A DNA stretch of 64,000 bases from Patescibacteria group bacterium (GTDB lineage Bacteria; Patescibacteriota; UBA1384; XYA2-FULL-43-10; 1-14-0-10-43-13): contig JBAYHC010000003.1 in NCBI GenBank assembly GCA_041666325.1, positions 31,102 through 95,101 on the forward strand. Reading direction: 5' to 3'. Under the pieces are notes generated by a model that saw only the letters and a program-made list of their open reading frames with translations, ran no database searches and was not told where the DNA came from. Shown piece by piece: positions 58,393 through 64,000 of this stretch. Positions within the stretch are counted from its first letter, which is position 1; each line of letters opens with the position of its first letter. The translations under genes and the position numbers were made by a program.

Positions 58393-58887
58393 TTAGAATC
58401 CGGTCTTTGTGCAACCTGTTGACTTGCACTCAACATACCAATCACCGCGAACACCGGCAGCAGCACCAACTGGCCGTCTGTATGCGTTAAAGTAAAAGGT
58501 AGTTGGCTGATATGCAGTACCAGCCTTGAAATCACCTGCAACTGTGTCAATGCCGGTTGGCCTTCTAACGTCATCGGCAGCTGTGCCGTATTGCCAGTCG
58601 GAAATATCCGAGATGTCTGGCCAAGCTCCTGGCGCATCTGTTGGATTTGTGCAAATATTCTGGGCACCAGCTCCACCGCTAGTCGGCTGGATTATTGTTC
58701 CGCCACCATCAAGACATGTTACAGCTATCGGTGTGACAGATCTGGCTGACGAGAGCACATTGGCTGCTCTGGCCCCTGCCCTACCGCTTTGCAGATTGGC
58801 AATAACGACGGTAGCCAAGATACCAATAATGGCTATAACAACGAGTAATTCGATGAGCGTAAAAGCTTTTGAAGACTTTTTGTTCAT
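58393..58887 (-). CDS. Type IV pilin
   Basis: AFTLIELLVVIAIIGILA; C-terminal cysteine pair. Confidence 0.92.
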   Translation of the reverse strand: MNKKSSKAFTLIELLVVIAIIGILATVVIANLQSGRAGARAANVLSSARSVTPIAVTCLDGGGTIIQPTSGGAGAQNICTNPTDAPGAWPDISDISDWQYGTAADDVRRPTGIDTVAGDFKAGTAYQPTTFYFNAYRRPVGAAAGVRGDWYVECKSTGCTKTGF

Positions 58888-59034
58888 TCCTCCTCCTAAA
58901 CAACTACAAATATAATTTTAGTAAACTTGTTCCGTCTTGATCGACCCAACAAGACAAGTTTAAACAATGTTTCACTCATTATAATCCTTTGAGCGCTTTG
59001 CCTCAAGTGGGTTTTCAACAGCTCAAGGGGTATT

Positions 59035-60231
59035 TTAAACAGCATGGGCCAAATTGAAGATTGGCACAAGAACCGCAAAGACAAGAAAGGCAACGCCCAC
59101 GCCAATCACTATCAAAACAATTGGCTCGACGAGAGAAGATATAACCTTTAACTTGCTGGAAACCTCTTCGTCATAGTAATCAGCAATTTTGCCTAAAACC
59201 TTATCTAATTGACCGGTCTCCTCACCAACAGCAACCATCTGCCCAACAAATTGTGGAAAGATCGGATTTTTAAGCATCTCGGTCGACAGAGGCACGCCCT
59301 TCTCTACCCGACTGATCACAGACATGATCCCATCTTCATAAATCTCATTCTTAAGCACCGCTGCGCTTGTACGCAAAGAATCAAGCAGAGGTACGCCTGC
59401 TCCGATCAGCATCTCCATGACACGAGCAAAGCGACCAATATAGACACCCTCGAACAACTCCTTTGAAACAGGGATGGTAATTTGTAAAAAGTTTATCGCC
59501 CTTACCCCAGAAGGAGAGGAAAGCCATATCTTGCCAATAACAATCGCTATCACCAATATCAACACTGTGATAATAATATTTGCCCGCATAAAGTCAGAAA
59601 TACCGAGCAGTATTCTGGTTGCGATCGGAAGGTCCATATTTGCCTGATCAAAGATTGTCCGAAGCTGAGGAATAATAACCATCACCATATAAGTAGCGAC
59701 CGCTACTAAAGCGAGAACGATGAAGATCGGATAGTACATGACACTCTTAACTTTTCCCAGGAAATTGGAGTCATTTTCAAGCTGGTTGGCCAGCTGGGTA
59801 AGCACGATATCGAGCTTACCAGTTGTCTCACCAGAATTGATGATGCTAACAAAAACACGGTCAAATGCCTCTGGGTGCTTGGCCAGTGCCGATGAGAAAC
59901 TGGAACCCTCTTCCAGATCGTTCAGCACGCTGTGGAAAATATTTTTAATTCTCTCGGTTCTCGCCTGAGAGATAACAATTGTCATAGCCTTGGTCAATGG
60001 TAAGCCAGCAGAGACCATTGTTGCCAGCTGACGCGCAAAGAGAGCCTTGTCCTTAAGCGTTATTCTCGACAAAAACTGAAAGGAAAATTGATTTTTCTTT
60101 TCGGAAACTAACTCAAGGGCGACTAGATTGTGGTTCACTAAAATCTTCTCAGCCTCATACTGATTAACGGCATTTACTGTTCCTGTGACAATCTCACCTT
60201 TGTTGTTTTTTGCTTTGTATAGAAATCTCAT
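59035..60231 (-). CDS. pilC: Type IV pilus platform protein PilC (GspF family)
   Basis: FARQLATMVSAGLPL, GETTGKLD, VGEETGQLD, EP motif. Confidence 0.93.
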   Translation of the reverse strand: MRFLYKAKNNKGEIVTGTVNAVNQYEAEKILVNHNLVALELVSEKKNQFSFQFLSRITLKDKALFARQLATMVSAGLPLTKAMTIVISQARTERIKNIFHSVLNDLEEGSSFSSALAKHPEAFDRVFVSIINSGETTGKLDIVLTQLANQLENDSNFLGKVKSVMYYPIFIVLALVAVATYMVMVIIPQLRTIFDQANMDLPIATRILLGISDFMRANIIITVLILVIAIVIGKIWLSSPSGVRAINFLQITIPVSKELFEGVYIGRFARVMEMLIGAGVPLLDSLRTSAAVLKNEIYEDGIMSVISRVEKGVPLSTEMLKNPIFPQFVGQMVAVGEETGQLDKVLGKIADYYDEEVSSKLKVISSLVEPIVLIVIGVGVAFLVFAVLVPIFNLAHAV

Positions 60232-60345
60232 AAAAGTTCGTAAAGTTTTTAAAGTTCGTAAAGTTTGTAGAGTTTTTAAAGTCCAAACAGTAGGCGAGAC
60301 TGACCGAACCTTATGAACTTTTAACTTTATGAACCTTATGAACTA
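60230..60345. repeat. Imperfect palindrome of 9-nt tandem units (TAAAGTTYN / AACYTTATG)
   Basis: taaaagttcgtaaagtttttaaagttcgtaaagtttgtagagtttttaaagt ... aaccttatgaacttttaactttatgaaccttatgaact. Confidence 0.7.
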
Positions 60346-60346
60346 T

Positions 60347-61414
60347 TTAATACACCATCATTTTGAAGCCCTTGGGGTCAAGCGCCCAGGTTAGAGCGTC
60401 TTCTAGTGTAATATCCCCTCTTGATACATATTCTGCCAAGACTTTATCCAAGCTAATCATGCCCTCCGAAGCAGAGGTTTGGATAATATTTGGAATCTGA
60501 TAATTTTTGCCCTCACGAATAAGGCTTTTGACAGCTGAATTGGCAATCATAATTTCTGCAGCCAAAACTCTTCCACCGCCAATCTTTGGGATCAGGCGCT
60601 GAGAAACAACTCCAAGAAGAACAGAGGCCAGCTGGCTTCTTACCTGCTGTTGCAGGTGTGGTGGAAAAACGCCTACAATTCTGTCGGCCGTTTCTGCAGA
60701 TGAGATCGTGTGCAGTGTTGTAAAAACAAGGTGTCCGGTCTCTGCCATTGTTAGCGCAGCCTCAATTGTCTCTAGATCACGCATCTCCCCAACGAAAGCG
60801 ACATCAGGATCCTCTCTAAGAGCGGATCGAAGAGCTCGCGCGTACGTGTTCGTGTCAGAGCCCAATTCACGTTGAGAAATTATGCTTTTTTTGTGTTCGA
60901 AAATATACTCGATAGGATCTTCGATTGTGATAATATGCTTGCGTTGTTCACTGTTTATCTTGTCGATAATAGCAGCCAACGTCGTCGATTTTCCCGAGCC
61001 GGTGGGGCCGGCGATGATAACAAAACCTTGGCTATGCTCAGTAAATTGCTCCAAAATTGGCGGCAAGCCCAGATCCTGGAAATTCCTGATGTCCTTCGTA
61101 ATCAAACGAAGTGATGCCGCTAAAGAACCCTTTTGGTGGTAGAGGTTGACACGAAAACGGACGTTCTCATAGCCAAACGAAAAATCAATTTCCTTCTTCT
61201 GCCTGAGGGTCAGCATCATTTCTGATGGAGTAAAGGACATCACTAGTCTTTTCACACTCTCGCCATCCAAAACTGGAGCCTCTGGAATTGAGACCAATTT
61301 GCCATCGATGCGGACGACTGCCGGAATTCCAACGCTTAAATGTAGGTCGGACGTACCTTTTTCGATAGCAAAATCCAAGTATTTTGTTATCTCGGAATCG
61401 TTTTTTTGTGTCAC
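60347..61414 (-). CDS. pilT: Type IV pilus retraction ATPase PilT
   Basis: SDLHL, GPTGSGKSTT, TIEDPIE, ALREDPD, AETGHLV. Confidence 0.95.
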   Translation of the reverse strand: MTQKNDSEITKYLDFAIEKGTSDLHLSVGIPAVVRIDGKLVSIPEAPVLDGESVKRLVMSFTPSEMMLTLRQKKEIDFSFGYENVRFRVNLYHQKGSLAASLRLITKDIRNFQDLGLPPILEQFTEHSQGFVIIAGPTGSGKSTTLAAIIDKINSEQRKHIITIEDPIEYIFEHKKSIISQRELGSDTNTYARALRSALREDPDVAFVGEMRDLETIEAALTMAETGHLVFTTLHTISSAETADRIVGVFPPHLQQQVRSQLASVLLGVVSQRLIPKIGGGRVLAAEIMIANSAVKSLIREGKNYQIPNIIQTSASEGMISLDKVLAEYVSRGDITLEDALTWALDPKGFKMMVY

Positions 61415-61619
61415 GGAAACCCTCCTAGGTCAATGAACGGCGCTCTTACAATATTATAGATGAGTACTAGCGCTAAGTCAAAGTTGCAAAGGTGCAATAA
61501 AGACGCAAGGCTAGCAAAGCGCTAGTGCCAGAAATTTCTCTGCTGCGCTACTTCTTTATCGTCGTATTGCTGACTTGTTGCTTTACGCACTGATCTTCTT
61601 GTCTTCTCAGGTTTCGAAC

Positions 61620-64000
61620 TCATGACTCTTGTGTTGCTTGCAACACCTCATCAAGCGTTGTGATGCCTTGCAGTGCTTTCATAAACCCATCCTGTCGCAT
61701 CGTAATCATCCCATCTCGAACAGCGACAACCTTTATCTCATCTGCTGGTCGCTTACTGGCGGCCATCTCCTCGATCTCCGGATTCATGCTCATAACCTCA
61801 AAGATTCCTGCCCGGCCCTTGTAACCATTGGTGCAATGAGAACAACCCTTACCATAGTAAAACTTGAGCTCCTTCGGAATGCGAGCAAGATCCTGGGTGT
61901 TCTTTGGGGAAATTTTCGCCAGATCGGCCCTAATCTCTTCGAGTAATTTCTGCGGCACCTTAACTTCTTCTTTGCAAAATGAACACACTCGTCGAATTAA
62001 CCTCTGTGCAATAACCAAATTAATCGAAGAAGTGATCAGGAATGATTCCACTCCCATGTTGATAAGCCGGGGTAACGAATTTGCGGTATCGTTTGTGTGG
62101 AGAGTAGACAGAACCAAGTGGCCAGTTAGCGCAGCATGGGTTGCCATGCCAGCAGTTTCAGCATCCCTAATCTCTCCAACCATAATAATATTAGGATCCT
62201 GCCGAAGAACACTTCTAAGCCCAGAGGCAAAGGTAAAACCGATTTCCGGCTTAACCTGGCACTGATTAATCCCCGGGATTTCATACTCTACAGGGTCTTC
62301 TAACGTAACAATATTCACACCAGGAACACTAACTCGATTAAGTATCGCATAGAGTGTGGTTGATTTTCCTGACCCGGTCGGCCCTGTCGACAGGATGATA
62401 CCCCAGGGCTGCTTAATAGCTTTGAGTGTCATTTCAAGAGCACTTCCCTGCATACCCAGATCTTCGAGTGACAACGGTCCCTGGTCTTTGTCTAATACTC
62501 GCATAACCACCTTCTCGCCGTTTACCGTCGGAAGCATAGACACGCGGACGTCAACCTCTCGGCCTTTGAAGACCAAATCGAATCTACCATCCTGTGGAAT
62601 GCGCGACTCATCAATCTTCAGCTTGGAGAGAATTTTAATACGCGCAATAATTGGCGGATGAAAATTTAGCGGCATTTTGATTGCCTCTTGCAGTACTCCG
62701 TCAACCCTGTAGCGCAAGCGCAAATGCTTTGATCCTGGCTCCAGGTGAACATCGGAAGCTTTGCTGTGTAGCCCAAAATCAATTACTGCGGCCACTATCT
62801 TTGGAACATAGCCCTCTTTGACAATTTTATCGAGAATTGAAATCTCGTTCACCTCTGTGCCACCAAGCAGAAGGCCGATATCCTTCGTCTCCAGAGATAC
62901 TCTTGACGGCGCAGAAGTCTCCACTAGACGCTTCTCTTCTGGCTTCTTCTCAACCCCAACTTCCGCGTTCTTTTCTTGGCCGCCAGAAACATTATCCTTC
63001 TTGAACAAATTGTCATCTTCATCGGAAACAACCTTGATGGCTGTTGGCTTACCGGCTTCTGCCTGCACTGAGACTGCTTCTTCTGGGGCAGAAGAGTCTT
63101 CCGGCTCACTCTTCTTGGGCGAAGGAGTTTCATCGACGGGGTTCTCGCCCGGTGCTTTGTCCGTATCATCTCGAGGCATAAACTTGGCGAAATCCGGTCT
63201 CTCATCAAATGTTATTTCCGGTTCACTGGGTTTCCGGTTGGAAAGGATAGAGTCGAGCATACCCTTGAATGAGGCACTTTTACCTGATTGGTCCTTGACA
63301 TCATTGGCAACCGTTTTTTCCTGACCAAGGTCACGCTTCGGCCGCTGATTGACGGGCTTATCGTATGACTCTAGGGCATACCTGATATCGTCTGCTGACG
63401 TCGCAAACGCCTCAAGATTGATACCGTTCTCTTTCTTCAGGAATTCTAATATTTTTCTGGTCACGGAAGAGTCCGGAGTTTCGCAACCAACAAGATACTC
63501 ATCTGCATCGTTCTGACCAAAAATAACCAACCTGTAGCGCTCAACAAAGTCCCGAGGCAATTTTTTGAGGTACCTGTCGTCGATGACCTGATTTCGCAGA
63601 TAAACAACTGGAAGACTACCCTGCTTAACCAGTGGTGCAGAGCTTTTTCTGGGGTCATATTGCTTTATGGCCTCATCGAAATCAACCTCTCCGGTGACAA
63701 ACAATTCAACGCCATAGCTACGATCTTCAAAAAACTTCGCTAAACTGACAGGGTACCGAACAAGCAAATCGGCCGGTCTCGAGACTGCCAGCCTGATTAA
63801 ATTATTGCTTACATTGAATGGAATAACTCCGAATTTCTGAGCAACTTTTTTAGGCAATGCGGCCTTGGCGCTTTCGGGTATTTGAACGTTAGAAAGAGAG
63901 ATATAGGGCATCTTAAGCAATATGCTATACGCCTTGTTGATAGTCTCCTTGGTGACTAAACGATTCTTTACCAAAAAATCTTCTATTTCCCTGCTTGTCT
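61620..64000 (-). CDS. pilB: Type IV pilus assembly ATPase PilB/GspE, 5' end outside window
   Basis: ASDVHLEP, PQDGR, GPTGSGKSTTLY, LRQDPN, CxxC...CxxC; frame open to window edge. Confidence 0.93.
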   Translation of the reverse strand, partial: TSREIEDFLVKNRLVTKETINKAYSILLKMPYISLSNVQIPESAKAALPKKVAQKFGVIPFNVSNNLIRLAVSRPADLLVRYPVSLAKFFEDRSYGVELFVTGEVDFDEAIKQYDPRKSSAPLVKQGSLPVVYLRNQVIDDRYLKKLPRDFVERYRLVIFGQNDADEYLVGCETPDSSVTRKILEFLKKENGINLEAFATSADDIRYALESYDKPVNQRPKRDLGQEKTVANDVKDQSGKSASFKGMLDSILSNRKPSEPEITFDERPDFAKFMPRDDTDKAPGENPVDETPSPKKSEPEDSSAPEEAVSVQAEAGKPTAIKVVSDEDDNLFKKDNVSGGQEKNAEVGVEKKPEEKRLVETSAPSRVSLETKDIGLLLGGTEVNEISILDKIVKEGYVPKIVAAVIDFGLHSKASDVHLEPGSKHLRLRYRVDGVLQEAIKMPLNFHPPIIARIKILSKLKIDESRIPQDGRFDLVFKGREVDVRVSMLPTVNGEKVVMRVLDKDQGPLSLEDLGMQGSALEMTLKAIKQPWGIILSTGPTGSGKSTTLYAILNRVSVPGVNIVTLEDPVEYEIPGINQCQVKPEIGFTFASGLRSVLRQDPNIIMVGEIRDAETAGMATHAALTGHLVLSTLHTNDTANSLPRLINMGVESFLITSSINLVIAQRLIRRVCSFCKEEVKVPQKLLEEIRADLAKISPKNTQDLARIPKELKFYYGKGCSHCTNGYKGRAGIFEVMSMNPEIEEMAASKRPADEIKVVAVRDGMITMRQDGFMKALQGITTLDEVLQATQES

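Noticed and set aside
1-64000. Alternative genetic code (UGA=Gly) or prophage/integrative element
   Set aside because: Conserved genes are intact under code 11 and several end in TGA; no integrase, terminase, capsid or transposase genes seen

Overview
Bacterial DNA, genetic code 11, with almost every gene on the minus strand. The gene content suggests a Patescibacteria/CPR-like reduced genome (inference): almost no metabolism, a type IV pilus/competence cluster, a shortened Mfd, type-2 IleRS and giant orphan proteins. Core genes are tgt, rplA-rplJ-rplL, pth, ybaB, prfB, cysS, recR, topA, dprA, mfd, rplU-secE-nusG-rplK, rodA, ileS, rnhA, trpS, pilins, pilD, pilC, pilT and pilB. The accessory parts are more unusual. 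(1) A ~3.7 kb nearly ORF-free block (34.2-37.9 kb) is densely base-paired. It holds two diverged, covarying copies of a ~470-540 nt RNA module with a 3' pseudoknot (minus strand), plus a divergent ~450 nt structured RNA with its own promoter and terminator. (2) Several smaller RNA candidates occur, including a tandem pair at 12.4-12.75 kb with a conserved anti-SD-like loop. (3) A GxxExxY nuclease-fold gene sits in the loop of a palindrome that also occurs three times empty. (4) Small acidic genes alternate with giant multidomain proteins carrying GT9-like or pseudo-PP2C domains and internal repeats. (5) There are patches of GC-rich secreted or lipoprotein orphans. All RNA structures were read by eye and need Infernal/RNAfold and expression checks.
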